64,000 nt of DNA from Candidatus Hodarchaeota archaeon. Lineage in GTDB: Archaea > Asgardarchaeota > Heimdallarchaeia > Hodarchaeales > Hodarchaeaceae. Where the stretch lies: assembly GCA_016840035.1 (NCBI GenBank), contig JAEOTC010000154.1, positions 8,952-72,951 of the forward strand, written 5' to 3'. Of the stretch, positions 1 through 9,768 are shown piece by piece. Below the pieces are notes generated by a model, which saw only the letters and a program-made list of their open reading frames with translations, had not been told where the DNA came from and did no database searches. The translations under genes were made by a program, and so were the position numbers. Numbering within the stretch: the first letter of the stretch is position 1; each line of letters starts with the position of its first letter.

Positions 1-38
1 CATAAAAAAGTCCCAATTTTCATTGCTTTTGCCACCTT

Positions 39-1499
39 TTAGTCCTCCTTCCAATTTCTAAGGGTATGCGTTGTATTCCCTTTGTGGTCAACAATTTGTA
101 CTTCTGTAGCCACAGCACCCGATTTCAAGACGTGAGTTGCACAGCTGAAACATGGATCATACGCTCGTACAATCATTTCTAGTCTATTGAGCAACCCTTC
201 GGCTGGTTCAGCATCAACAATTAGTTCCTTAGCGGAAACATTTACTGAACGATTTATTGCTTCATTATTACTTACAGTTGCAACAATTAAATTGACATCA
301 GTTGTGATCCCTTTTCTATCTGTTACATAATGATGGAAAAGAGTTCCTCTGTGTGCTTCAAGAATACCAATACCTTCTTCTTCACGAGCTTCGACAGGTG
401 TACGGAGTTTAGTTCCGAGTATATCTGGATCTTCTAGAAGTTCTAGCGTTGCCTCAACTCCATGGGCTAATTCAATAATCCGGGAATAATTATATAGTAA
501 CGATTGTGGTGCTGGACGACCGAATTTATTTCTAAATTCCGTGAGAAGTTCTTGTGCTATAGGGGTATCGATTTTATCGGCAGCATTCACTCTAGCTAAA
601 GGACCCACACGATAACAACCTTCTTCAAAGGATTTCTTTTTGTAATAGGGGAATTTTAGATAGGAATAATCCTTAACACGTTCAGAAATCACATCTCTAT
701 ATGACGGATCTGAACTTGAGAATTCCTCTAGAACTTCTGAATTATGACCAAGTAACCTGACTTTTCCATTATAAAATCTCAGTTCTCCTTGATTTCCAAC
801 CATACCCATATGCATGGTAGGTAAAACACCTAAAGATCCAATTGCATCTGCATATTGATCAAAAAGGGCCATTGCAGTATCTTTAGCTTCGGGTAGGAAA
901 TTTGTTGCAATATCCTTTACATCTCTCACGATAGAATCCCGATCTTCTTGAGAAAGCCCTTGGGCTTGTCCTCCAGGAACTGCAGTTACAGGATGAACAG
1001 TTCTTCCTCCAAGAATCTTTGTTATTTTCTGACCAACTTTTCTAGCAGCAATTACTTTCTTTACTAAATCAGGATTTGCTTCAAGAACTCCGAACACGTT
1101 CCTCTTTGCTGGATCCGAGTCGGGTCCCAAAACTAAATCTGGTGCAGCAAGATAGAAGAAGTGCAAAACGTGGGAATGGATAAAAGACCCCATGAGCATA
1201 AGTCTTCTTAATTTAAACGCTGTAGGGGGAAGATCCAAGGGATCTAATCCAAAAGCTCTGTCAACCGCTTTACCAGAACATAAATGATGAGGAGAATGAC
1301 AGATTCCACACATTCGGGGTGTGAGTAGAGGCATTTCCTCAACAGGTCTACCAATGAGGAATTTCTCAAAGCCACGAAATTCCACTACTTTCACTTGAGA
1401 GTCTATTAAATGATTATTTTCATCTAAAAAAAGCTTAATCTCTGCATGGCCTTCGATCCGAGTGACAGGATCTACTTTAATAATTTTTGATGCTTCCAT
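39..1499 (-). CDS. mvhA: [NiFe]-hydrogenase large subunit, F420-non-reducing (group 3c) type
   Basis: N-terminal PVTRIEGH; L1 motif PRMCGICHSPH; L2 motif AYDPCFSCATH followed by a cleavable C-terminal extension; clustered with mvhG/mvhD/hdrABC. Confidence 0.93.
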   Translation of the reverse strand: MEASKIIKVDPVTRIEGHAEIKLFLDENNHLIDSQVKVVEFRGFEKFLIGRPVEEMPLLTPRMCGICHSPHHLCSGKAVDRAFGLDPLDLPPTAFKLRRLMLMGSFIHSHVLHFFYLAAPDLVLGPDSDPAKRNVFGVLEANPDLVKKVIAARKVGQKITKILGGRTVHPVTAVPGGQAQGLSQEDRDSIVRDVKDIATNFLPEAKDTAMALFDQYADAIGSLGVLPTMHMGMVGNQGELRFYNGKVRLLGHNSEVLEEFSSSDPSYRDVISERVKDYSYLKFPYYKKKSFEEGCYRVGPLARVNAADKIDTPIAQELLTEFRNKFGRPAPQSLLYNYSRIIELAHGVEATLELLEDPDILGTKLRTPVEAREEEGIGILEAHRGTLFHHYVTDRKGITTDVNLIVATVSNNEAINRSVNVSAKELIVDAEPAEGLLNRLEMIVRAYDPCFSCATHVLKSGAVATEVQIVDHKGNTTHTLRNWKED

Positions 1500-1501
1500 G
1501 A

Positions 1502-2419
1502 TTATTTCTTCTCCTTTAATTTTCCTAGCTTTGAGTAAGCAAACTGATGTTGATACATTATCGAAACCGGGTCATTTCCCATAGCTTCCATTACCTGTTC
1601 AACTCCTACTTGACTAGCTAACGTCCCCAAGAAGGATGTTGTATCTAAACCTGGATCTGTACCTTCTACAGGATCAGGATTCAAAGGTCCATGACAACCT
1701 CTACACGGTACACCAACTTTTGTGCATCGCGCATCACACAAACCCCAAGTGACAGGTCCTACACAAACATAACCCTGTTCTAGGAAACACTTGTCAGGAT
1801 CTATTTCTTCACCAGCAGATTTATACCAGCGTTTAAGTTCAGTAATTTTTTCATGACTTTTCTCTCTAGGACATGGTTCACATACAGATTGATTTGGTAA
1901 GTTCAATGGTTCTCCGTTTAATAATGCCATAACTCCTGTAGCAATTAATTCAGGTACAGGAGGACAGCCAGGAACTACTACATCGACATCAATAACTGAT
2001 GAAAGGGGAAGTACCTTTTCTGTTAACGGAGGTACATCATCCCTTGGTTCTCGTCCTAACGGATTGTCTACTCCCATACAATTTCCAGGATAGTAAACTT
2101 TATCGAAAATTTCTTCTCGAGTATACAGGTTACCAAGTCCTGGGGTCCCGCCAAAACAGGCGCAAGACCCAAGAGAGACGATTATCTTACAGTTTTTACG
2201 CATTTCCTTAGCTACGTGGATATTGTGCTCATTCCTTATTCCTCCTGTGATAATTCCCACATCTGCAGGAACAAATTCCTTTACATCAGCAAGAACAGGA
2301 GATCGTACAATATCTGCTTTAGCTAGTACATCGAGAATAGCTTCATGAATATCCAGTAGCGATATGTGACACCCACTGCATACCATCAACCATTCAGTCG
2401 CGATTCTTGCTTTTGACAT
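1502..2419 (-). CDS. mvhG: [NiFe]-hydrogenase small subunit
   Basis: CSGCH, GSCACFGG, PGCPP and distal Cys motifs (CEPCP, CFLEQG.VC, CRGCHGP); adjacent to the large subunit. Confidence 0.92.
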   Translation of the reverse strand: MSKARIATEWLMVCSGCHISLLDIHEAILDVLAKADIVRSPVLADVKEFVPADVGIITGGIRNEHNIHVAKEMRKNCKIIVSLGSCACFGGTPGLGNLYTREEIFDKVYYPGNCMGVDNPLGREPRDDVPPLTEKVLPLSSVIDVDVVVPGCPPVPELIATGVMALLNGEPLNLPNQSVCEPCPREKSHEKITELKRWYKSAGEEIDPDKCFLEQGYVCVGPVTWGLCDARCTKVGVPCRGCHGPLNPDPVEGTDPGLDTTSFLGTLASQVGVEQVMEAMGNDPVSIMYQHQFAYSKLGKLKEKK

Positions 2420-2666
2420 TGTTTCATATCCTCTTACTAGTTAATATTGATAAACGATCGATCTAAGATTAAAAATAGTATTAAGATCTAAATAGATGGC
2501 CAATCTATGGAATTTTTACATCAGAAAATTTTTTTTAAGCATATCCTATACTATTGTGAAAACCAAAAATCAATCAGATTGTAATTATATTGTCAAGGCC
2601 AACTCTAACGACTTATTTCCGATTCTTAGGAAAAGTAAAAGTCTATCTTTGTACCATTCTGGTGTC

Positions 2667-3158
2667 CTAAAAGAGGCTTAAAATGTGTGATTTTAACTTC
2701 GGAACTAACTTTTCTACTCCCTTTGTCACTTCAGGTGTCAACTCCTCTCCTATAAATCCGATTTCTTTAATCTGAACGCCATAAACTTCAATGGGATTAG
2801 GTACTTCATATCCTCCCATTTTTGCATACTTTAGGACAGGTAACACCCCAACCCCATGAGAAGAGATCCCCCCAGAGTCTTTAACATCAATTTCATTCAA
2901 ATTTTCTAAATAGAAGATTTCTCCAGGTTTTAAGCCCTGATGAGCCATAGATGCTGCATCCACTATGATTGCATGGTCGAATCCGTCTATTGCATCTAGG
3001 ATATCTAATCCTCCAGTATTAAGATATTGAAAAGAGATTCCAAGTTGTATTAAATCTTCATCCTTCTCTAATTGCTCGACTGCACGAATTCCAGCTCCAT
3101 CATCCATTCTAATAGAGTTACCAACTCCTAGAACAACTAATTTCTTCGATCCAATCAT
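2667..3158 (-). CDS. Hydrogenase maturation protease (HycI/HyaD family)
   Basis: VLGVGNSIRMDDGAG, IVDA and SSHG motifs; next to mvhGA. Confidence 0.92.
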   Translation of the reverse strand: MIGSKKLVVLGVGNSIRMDDGAGIRAVEQLEKDEDLIQLGISFQYLNTGGLDILDAIDGFDHAIIVDAASMAHQGLKPGEIFYLENLNEIDVKDSGGISSHGVGVLPVLKYAKMGGYEVPNPIEVYGVQIKEIGFIGEELTPEVTKGVEKLVPKLKSHILSLF

Positions 3159-3291
3159 ATTATCTTAACTCTTCATATATGTGTAATTATCACGTGAAAA
3201 TCGAGAGAAAGTATACTAACTTCTACTAATAGTACCACATTCAAAGGTTTAATATCCTATTGGATAATGAAACGTTTCGAGTGGATTTAGT

Positions 3292-4188
3292 ATGGTCAGT
3301 TCTGTTCATTTGTTATTCACATATACTTGTCTTTTTGAATGTGATCACTGCTTTTTATATTGCAGTCCTTCATCCAAGGGAACGTTTACTTACCAACAAA
3401 TGGTAAAAGTATTTAACGATCTTAAAAAAATAGATACTCTATCCTTTGTATATTTTGAGGGAGGAGAACCCTTCTTGTACTATGCTCAGATGGTTGAAGG
3501 GTTGAAAATGGTACAAAAACTAGGTGTTAAGACAGGAATTGTAACAAATGGATATTGGGCAACTTCTGTGGCAGATGCGGAACTATGGCTTCAACCTCTA
3601 ATAGAACTAGGTATTTCGGATATAAGTATAAGTGATGATTTGTTTCATTATGGAGAAGAACAGGAGAATCTTGCAAAGAATGCTTATCAAGCAGCAAAGA
3701 ATCTTAGTCTCCCAGGAGACACGATTTGTATTAATAAACCAACAATTACAGATAAGAAAGAGCAAGAAAAAGGTGCCCCCGTAATTGGAGGAGGAGTGAT
3801 GTTTAGAGGAAGAGCTACAGAGACATTAACAGAGGGATTGCCAACAAAACATTGGAGTGAATTTTTAGAATGTCCCTATGAGGATCTGAAAAATCCGAAG
3901 CGAGTACACCTAGATGCATATGGACATGTCCATATTTGTCAAGGATTAAGCATGGGCAATATTGGGAAGACACCTCTTTCAATTCTTGCAAAAGAATATG
4001 ATGGAACTTCTCATCCCATCTGTGGACCTTTGTTAAAAGGTGGTCCAGCCCAACTTGCACGAGAAAATAACTTATTTACTGATGAAGAGTTTATCGATCA
4101 TTGTCACGCGTGTTTTATAGCGCGGAAGGCCCTTCTTGATAAATTTCCAGAGGTTTTAGCACCAAGACAAGTTTATGGTCTTAAGTAA
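3292..4188 (+). CDS. Radical SAM protein of unknown function with a C-terminal Cys-rich domain
   Basis: CxxxCxxC (CLFECDHC), FEGGEP, VTNGYW; extra C-terminal Cys including DHCHAC. Confidence 0.85.
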   Translation: MVSSVHLLFTYTCLFECDHCFLYCSPSSKGTFTYQQMVKVFNDLKKIDTLSFVYFEGGEPFLYYAQMVEGLKMVQKLGVKTGIVTNGYWATSVADAELWLQPLIELGISDISISDDLFHYGEEQENLAKNAYQAAKNLSLPGDTICINKPTITDKKEQEKGAPVIGGGVMFRGRATETLTEGLPTKHWSEFLECPYEDLKNPKRVHLDAYGHVHICQGLSMGNIGKTPLSILAKEYDGTSHPICGPLLKGGPAQLARENNLFTDEEFIDHCHACFIARKALLDKFPEVLAPRQVYGLK

Positions 4189-4442
4189 TATTCAGATTAA
4201 TCGTCTGTTGTTTATGAAATCCTGCTTTTTATAAAAGTGAAAAACCTTAAGTACAAGTAATAATTGTAATTACAGGTTTCAATGAAATTCGAATGAGTTG
4301 ATTTGAAACAGATTTTCTTGAGACTGGAGATTCTAAAAGTAAAGGAATATCCTTTATTCTAGCCTATCTAGCCTCGGGATAAAAAAAATTAAGAGGGGCG
4401 AATTAGATCGTCTTTCTAACATAAAAAGGAGGAAATATACGA

Positions 4443-4970
4443 ATGCGAAAGAAGCTACTTGTTTTTGTATTAATGTTTTCAGTGCTAACATTGGTTCCAA
4501 TAGTTTCAGTATCAGCTGAGAAACCTCATTTGATAGGTTCAATGACATTATCATTATTACCTGAGTTTGATTTACCCCCTTCATATCCTGAAGGTTCGTT
4601 TGTTACTTGGCAAGGAACAATATATTTCGAAGGAATTGATGAATATGAAATGCGGTTCATCTTGATTGGAGCAGGGATTCCACGAGAAGGACCAACAGGA
4701 AAAGCTGGTCACTTTGGAGAAATCTGGGAAATATACGATGGAAGTCTTTGCAATATGATCCTATGGGGTTATGACAAAGGTGTAACTAACCAGAAAAAGG
4801 ATTGGACTCATTGGCCGTATCGAATGAACGGACATGTGGAAGGTGCTGCTGATACAGCTGGTTGGACAGAATACCTTGGTAGAAATGTTCACATGAGTGG
4901 AATAATTACGTGGCTTGGCCAACCATATTCCCCTCCAGCCATTGCACCAGGAGAATTCCGAATAAACTAG
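4443..4970 (+). CDS. Secreted hypothetical beta-rich protein
   Basis: Signal peptide MRKK + hydrophobic stretch + VSA; GGAGG Shine-Dalgarno just upstream; hairpin terminator downstream. Confidence 0.75.
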   Translation: MRKKLLVFVLMFSVLTLVPIVSVSAEKPHLIGSMTLSLLPEFDLPPSYPEGSFVTWQGTIYFEGIDEYEMRFILIGAGIPREGPTGKAGHFGEIWEIYDGSLCNMILWGYDKGVTNQKKDWTHWPYRMNGHVEGAADTAGWTEYLGRNVHMSGIITWLGQPYSPPAIAPGEFRIN

Positions 4971-4979
4971 TTATAAAAA

Positions 4980-5018
4980 GGGGTTTTCTTGGACACCCCA
5001 AGAAAATCCCGTTTTTTT
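4980..5018 (+). terminator. Hairpin plus T-tract terminator between convergent genes
   Basis: GGGGTTTTCTTGG (4980-4992) pairs with CCAAGAAAATCCC (4998-5010): 13 bp, one G-U, 5-nt loop; followed by T7 and preceded by an A run. Confidence 0.75.
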
Positions 5019-5035
5019 CTATATCCTTACCATAT

Positions 5036-5476
5036 TTAGGGTTTTAAGGGCCCTAAGCTCCTGATTTTTTCTGTAAATTCAGTCATAATTTGAGCAAAGC
5101 GTTTTCCCTCACTCGCAGAAATCCATTCAAGTCGGAACCGTTCAACTTTAAATCCAAGAACTTGCATAGCTTCTACCATTTTATCTATGCGTTCTTTTGC
5201 TCTTAGATTTCCTTCTAAATAGTGACAATCCCCAGGATGGCATCCGGCAACCATGACACCATCAGCACCTTTCAAGAAGGCTTTCATAACGAAAGCTGGA
5301 TCTACTCTACCAGAACACATCACACGCACTATTCGTACATTACTCGGATATTTTAATCGTGAAACACCGGCTAAATCCGCACCTGCGTATGAACACCAAT
5401 TACAGGCAAACACTAAAATTGTTGGTTCAAAATTTTCTATTTGAGGTTTAGTTTCTACTTGTGTCACTTTTGTCAT
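5036..5476 (-). CDS. mvhD: Hydrogenase iron-sulfur subunit D
   Basis: FACNWCSYAGAD, RVMCSGRVD, GCHPGDCHY, WISASEG. Confidence 0.95.
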   Translation of the reverse strand: MTKVTQVETKPQIENFEPTILVFACNWCSYAGADLAGVSRLKYPSNVRIVRVMCSGRVDPAFVMKAFLKGADGVMVAGCHPGDCHYLEGNLRAKERIDKMVEAMQVLGFKVERFRLEWISASEGKRFAQIMTEFTEKIRSLGPLKP

Positions 5477-5486
5477 CCTCCTTAAA

Positions 5487-8400
5487 TTAAGGTGCCTCCA
5501 CTGAGGGTGTATCAGCTTCCACTTTTTCTGTTAGTTCTGGTCTAGTCAGGATAGATTCGAATTGAGATTCGATGAGTTTGTCTGGGAAGTGTTTAATTGT
5601 GATTGCAGATACTGGACATGTTACCACACAGGTACCACACCCTTTACAGACCCCTTCATTAACCACAGCTTTAACCATTTTTAGGTCTTGAGTTTCCATT
5701 CTAATAGTCTTTGTCTCAAGTTCTATTGCCTTGAAAGGACATACTTGTTCACAACGTCCGCATCCACGGCAAATGTCTTGATTAACATTTGCAATTGCTC
5801 CTTCTGATAGAATGAATCCTTTTGCAAGGAGAGCCATAACTCTGACTGCTGCTCCGCTACCCTGGTATATTGCTTCAGTGCTGAATTTTGGAAATTGACT
5901 TGTTCCTGCTAAGAAGATTCCATCTGTGGCAAAATCTATTGGACGAAGTTTTACGTGTGCTTCTAAGAAAAAGTTATCAGCACCTCGTGCACATTTGAAC
6001 ATCTGCCCCAATTCCTCATTTGGTTTAGGTACTAGGGGAACACTTAGGACTACTAAATCAGGAGTGACTTGTAGATTGACACCTAGCATTTCATCAAAAA
6101 CAGTTACGGTTCCATTTGAATCGACACTTGGTTCATTATCATCTGTATAACGGATGAAAACTGTCCCAAGCTCTCTTGCTTTTAGATATAATTCCTCTAA
6201 GTCTCCATATGTTCTAATATCCTTATACAGAACAAACACATTAGCGTTGGGATTGCGTTCTTTAATACGAATGCTGTTCTTTATGGCTGCAGTACAACAA
6301 ATCCTTGAACAATACGTACGTGGTGCTTCTTCCTCTCGAGAACCCACACATTGAATCATGACCACGTTTTGAGGGTCTAGTTCATCGAATCGCTCTTCTA
6401 ACTCTCTTTGAGTAACCACATTCGAAGCGTTTCCATAATTATAATATCCGTTCGGTGTGAAGGGTTCTGCTCCTGTGGCAAGAATCACGGCTCCAAACTG
6501 TATTTCTTCTCCTTGTACTACACCTTTAAATTTTCCAACAGCCCCACTGAGCTCTTCCAGTTCGGAATTAGTGTAAACTGTGATTTCAGGCTCATTTTCG
6601 ATCTCTTTTCGCATTTGAGCCACAACTTCAGGGCCCTTTAGTCCGTTATGTAATTCGGGAATCTTGAGAAGTTCGCCCCCTAGTTGATCTTCTTTTTCTA
6701 TCAAGTAGACAGGATAGCCTGCTCTTGCCAGATCAAGGGCGCTTGTCATTCCAGCAACTCCACCACCAATTACAAGAGCTTTTTTGATAATGGGGATCTT
6801 TTCTTTGAATAAAGGTTCAAGACCACAGGCACGGGTTATTGCACCACGAATTAGATCTTTAGCTTTCTCGTTTGCTTCATCCTCCTGATGAGGGTGAACC
6901 CATGAAACCTGTTCTCGGAAATTCACTAGATCAAACAAAAATTCGTTTAACCCCGCTTCCTGGAGTGTACTTCTAAACAGAGGTTCGTGAGTACGAGGAG
7001 TACATGAGGCAACTATTACTCGATTTAATTTATGCTCTTTGATTGCATCCTTAATCACAACTTGGGAATCCGCTGCGCATGCATACATTGGATCACTGGC
7101 GTACACAACATTATCGAACTGTTTAGAGTATTCTGCAACTTCAGCACAATCTACAACAGAACCGATATTATGACCACAGTGACATACGAGCACTCCAATA
7201 CGAGGTTCATCAGCAGGACTGACCTTGATTTCACGAGGCAGTTTTTTCTCCTCGATTTCTGTTCCTCTAACATCTTTCAGTAAAATAGATGCTTTTGCTG
7301 CCGCTCCACTTGCCTCAGCAACAGTATCAGGAATATCCTTTGGACTTGAGGCAACTCCACATACATAAACTCCTTCTTGATTGGTCTCCAAAGGTTTCAG
7401 AGGATCTGTGACAACAAAACCTGTGTCCGATAACTCTAGTTTAAGATCTCTCTTTAAAAATTCTGCATGTGAAGAAGGATCCAATCCTGTGGATAAAACC
7501 ACCATATCCATTTCCTCGGTAGAAATTCCTGGTGTACCTTTGAAGTCTTCGTATTTGACAATTAAATTCCTGTTTTCAGGATTTTCTCTAATTTCACTAA
7601 TTCTTGATTTAATAAAATGGATGTTAAATTCATTAATAGCCCGTTGGTAGAACTCTTCAAATCCTTTACCGAATGCACGGATGTCCATGTAATAAATATA
7701 TGCTTCTACATCGGGATCATGTTCTTTAGCCATTATCGCCTCCTTTATGGCATACATACAACAGGCAGCAGAGCAATAATTTCTATTTAATTGGGGATTT
7801 CGTGAACCCACACACTGCAAAAACGCAATCTTTTTGGGATGTTTTTGGTCAGAAGGACGAATAACCTCACCTCCGGTTGGACCAGAGGCATTAAGTAACC
7901 GTTCAAATTGTAATGTTGTTACTACATTTGGGAACTGACCATAATGAAGACTTGAAATTTCCTTAGCATCAAAAGGATCAAAACCAGTGGTTACAATGAC
8001 CGCACCGACATTAATCTCCTTGACTTCATCCTTTTGTTCATAATTTATAGCTCCAGGACCGCATTTTTTCTTACAGATTCCACATTTCCCCTTCTTGAGG
8101 TATGCACAATTATGAGCTTGAATATATGCGACTTTTGGTACTGCTTGAGGAAACGGAATAGAAACTGTTTTTCTCCCTGGTTTATCTCGACCTTTTTTGT
8201 CCTTTCTCATTAAATGCTCATTGAATTCGTCATCCACCCAGTAAGGGCAGTTCTCCTCACACTCTCCGCATCCTGTACACTTATCCTCGTCAACATAGCG
8301 AGCTTTCTTAAGATATTTTAGAGTAAAGTTTCCAGGAGATCCTGAAAGGTCCTGTGGGTCACAGTAGGTTAATAACCGAATATTCGGGTGTCGTTGTACA

Positions 8401-8603
8401 TCGACCAATTTTGGTCCAAGGATACACATGGCACAGTCTAAAGTCGGAAAGGTCTTATCAAGCTGGACCATTCTTCCCCCAATTGAAGGATTGCTCTCAA
8501 TAAGATGAACAAGAAATCCTTGATCAGCCATATCTAAACTCGCTTGTATTCCGGCAATTCCTCCTCCGATTACAGCTACAGATCCTAACATTGTTTCAGC
8601 CAT
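5487..8603 (-). CDS. hdrA: Heterodisulfide reductase subunit A, long form with two FAD modules (start moved to ATG at 8603; ORF track uses 8645)
   Basis: GGGIAG + QLDKTFPTLDCAMC; two CVGSR/CS..CC motifs; internal VLVCHCGHNI; second GGGVAG; EAHVKLRP; C-terminal 2x[4Fe-4S]. Confidence 0.92.
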   Translation of the reverse strand: MAETMLGSVAVIGGGIAGIQASLDMADQGFLVHLIESNPSIGGRMVQLDKTFPTLDCAMCILGPKLVDVQRHPNIRLLTYCDPQDLSGSPGNFTLKYLKKARYVDEDKCTGCGECEENCPYWVDDEFNEHLMRKDKKGRDKPGRKTVSIPFPQAVPKVAYIQAHNCAYLKKGKCGICKKKCGPGAINYEQKDEVKEINVGAVIVTTGFDPFDAKEISSLHYGQFPNVVTTLQFERLLNASGPTGGEVIRPSDQKHPKKIAFLQCVGSRNPQLNRNYCSAACCMYAIKEAIMAKEHDPDVEAYIYYMDIRAFGKGFEEFYQRAINEFNIHFIKSRISEIRENPENRNLIVKYEDFKGTPGISTEEMDMVVLSTGLDPSSHAEFLKRDLKLELSDTGFVVTDPLKPLETNQEGVYVCGVASSPKDIPDTVAEASGAAAKASILLKDVRGTEIEEKKLPREIKVSPADEPRIGVLVCHCGHNIGSVVDCAEVAEYSKQFDNVVYASDPMYACAADSQVVIKDAIKEHKLNRVIVASCTPRTHEPLFRSTLQEAGLNEFLFDLVNFREQVSWVHPHQEDEANEKAKDLIRGAITRACGLEPLFKEKIPIIKKALVIGGGVAGMTSALDLARAGYPVYLIEKEDQLGGELLKIPELHNGLKGPEVVAQMRKEIENEPEITVYTNSELEELSGAVGKFKGVVQGEEIQFGAVILATGAEPFTPNGYYNYGNASNVVTQRELEERFDELDPQNVVMIQCVGSREEEAPRTYCSRICCTAAIKNSIRIKERNPNANVFVLYKDIRTYGDLEELYLKARELGTVFIRYTDDNEPSVDSNGTVTVFDEMLGVNLQVTPDLVVLSVPLVPKPNEELGQMFKCARGADNFFLEAHVKLRPIDFATDGIFLAGTSQFPKFSTEAIYQGSGAAVRVMALLAKGFILSEGAIANVNQDICRGCGRCEQVCPFKAIELETKTIRMETQDLKMVKAVVNEGVCKGCGTCVVTCPVSAITIKHFPDKLIESQFESILTRPELTEKVEADTPSVEAP

Positions 8604-8622
8604 TGTTTCTTCCTCGCATTCA

Positions 8623-9756
8623 CTACTTTGGACTCGACCTCTCATCTACAATCATACCAAGCTCTTTCACTTTTATTTTAAAGTCGTGCTGAGGTTTTTT
8701 ATCCTCTAAAACACAGTTTAAGTGGGCATAGCATTTTGAACATGCCACAGTAAGCGTTCCTTCTTCCCCAACGGCTCGTGTTGCATCCTCTAGCTTCCGT
8801 AACATAATTGATCTAGAGACATCATCACACTTTAACCATGCAGACACTCCACAACACTTTGAAAATTGTTTATTCAATGAAATTTCTTTAATTGATGCAC
8901 CTGTTGCCTCTAGGACCTTTCTTGGACTTTCATACTCATTCATGAATCGTCCTAATCTGCATGGATCGTGATAAGTAAGAGTTGTAGCTTCTGCATTGAA
9001 ATCCAACTTGTCTTTATTTTCCTCTACAAAATGAGAAATGTGTTGAATGTCAACACCCTCTAAATTATATAAGTCCATAAAGGAGTAATAGCATTCAGCA
9101 CATGAAACCACAAGTGTTGAAATACCAGAATCCTTGATTACTTGTGTATTAAATTCTCTAACCTGTTCATAGGCATCCATATCACCTGTCCAGTAAGCAT
9201 CATGGCCACAGCACTTTAGAGATAATAGATTGGGATTAACACCTATTTTATTCATTACATTAATTGCACTCTGACCTATTTCGTGAAAACTCGTTTCCTT
9301 TAAATCTAGGAATTTATCATATAGATCAATGCATCCTGGGAAATAAGCAACAGAGGATTCGGGATTTAACTTTCCTTCATACTCAAATTTCATCCCAGAA
9401 TCAGTTATTTCATTCATGAACACTTGCATAATATTGAAGATATTGTGATGTGCAAAGAGATCTTCATTGACACCTTGTTGTTCCCGTTTTAGTCGTATAA
9501 ATTCCGGAAAATCGATTTGATGTGGACATACTTCTAAGCAGAGGCCACAGGTTAAACATGAAGTTAAATCATCTTCAGATACTCCATAATCGTATAAATA
9601 TTTGTGGATGATTTTCCTTGGATTAAATTTAGAATACCTACGGACTGGACATACACTGGTACAGGAGGAGCATTGATAACATGCCTGTAACATAGTCTTT
9701 AGGTCATCAGTTTTAATTTCTACATCGTATTGAATGGGACTTTCAGACATTACCAT
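8623..9756 (-). CDS. HdrD-like Fe-S oxidoreductase (4Fe-4S dicluster plus two CCG domains)
   Basis: CYQCSSCTSVCP, CLTCGLCLEVCP, YFPGC..KCCG..SCAEC, YHDPCRLGR..KCCG..ACSKC. Confidence 0.85.
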   Translation of the reverse strand: MVMSESPIQYDVEIKTDDLKTMLQACYQCSSCTSVCPVRRYSKFNPRKIIHKYLYDYGVSEDDLTSCLTCGLCLEVCPHQIDFPEFIRLKREQQGVNEDLFAHHNIFNIMQVFMNEITDSGMKFEYEGKLNPESSVAYFPGCIDLYDKFLDLKETSFHEIGQSAINVMNKIGVNPNLLSLKCCGHDAYWTGDMDAYEQVREFNTQVIKDSGISTLVVSCAECYYSFMDLYNLEGVDIQHISHFVEENKDKLDFNAEATTLTYHDPCRLGRFMNEYESPRKVLEATGASIKEISLNKQFSKCCGVSAWLKCDDVSRSIMLRKLEDATRAVGEEGTLTVACSKCYAHLNCVLEDKKPQHDFKIKVKELGMIVDERSSPK

Positions 9757-9768
9757 TTTCTCATCTCC

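Noticed and set aside
3222-3232. 11-mer TCTACTAATAG shared with the padR upstream region (~46266-46278)
   Set aside because: Only two copies in AT-rich DNA upstream of unrelated genes; compatible with chance
4276-4309. GTTTCAAT...ATTTGAAAC, a 34-nt sequence resembling a CRISPR repeat
   Set aside because: Single copy, no spacer-repeat periodicity and no cas genes; more likely a 7-bp inverted repeat in a promoter/leader
39-8645. Selenocysteine (TGA) readthrough in mvhA, mvhD or hdrA
   Set aside because: All are uninterrupted ORFs with Cys at the relevant motifs
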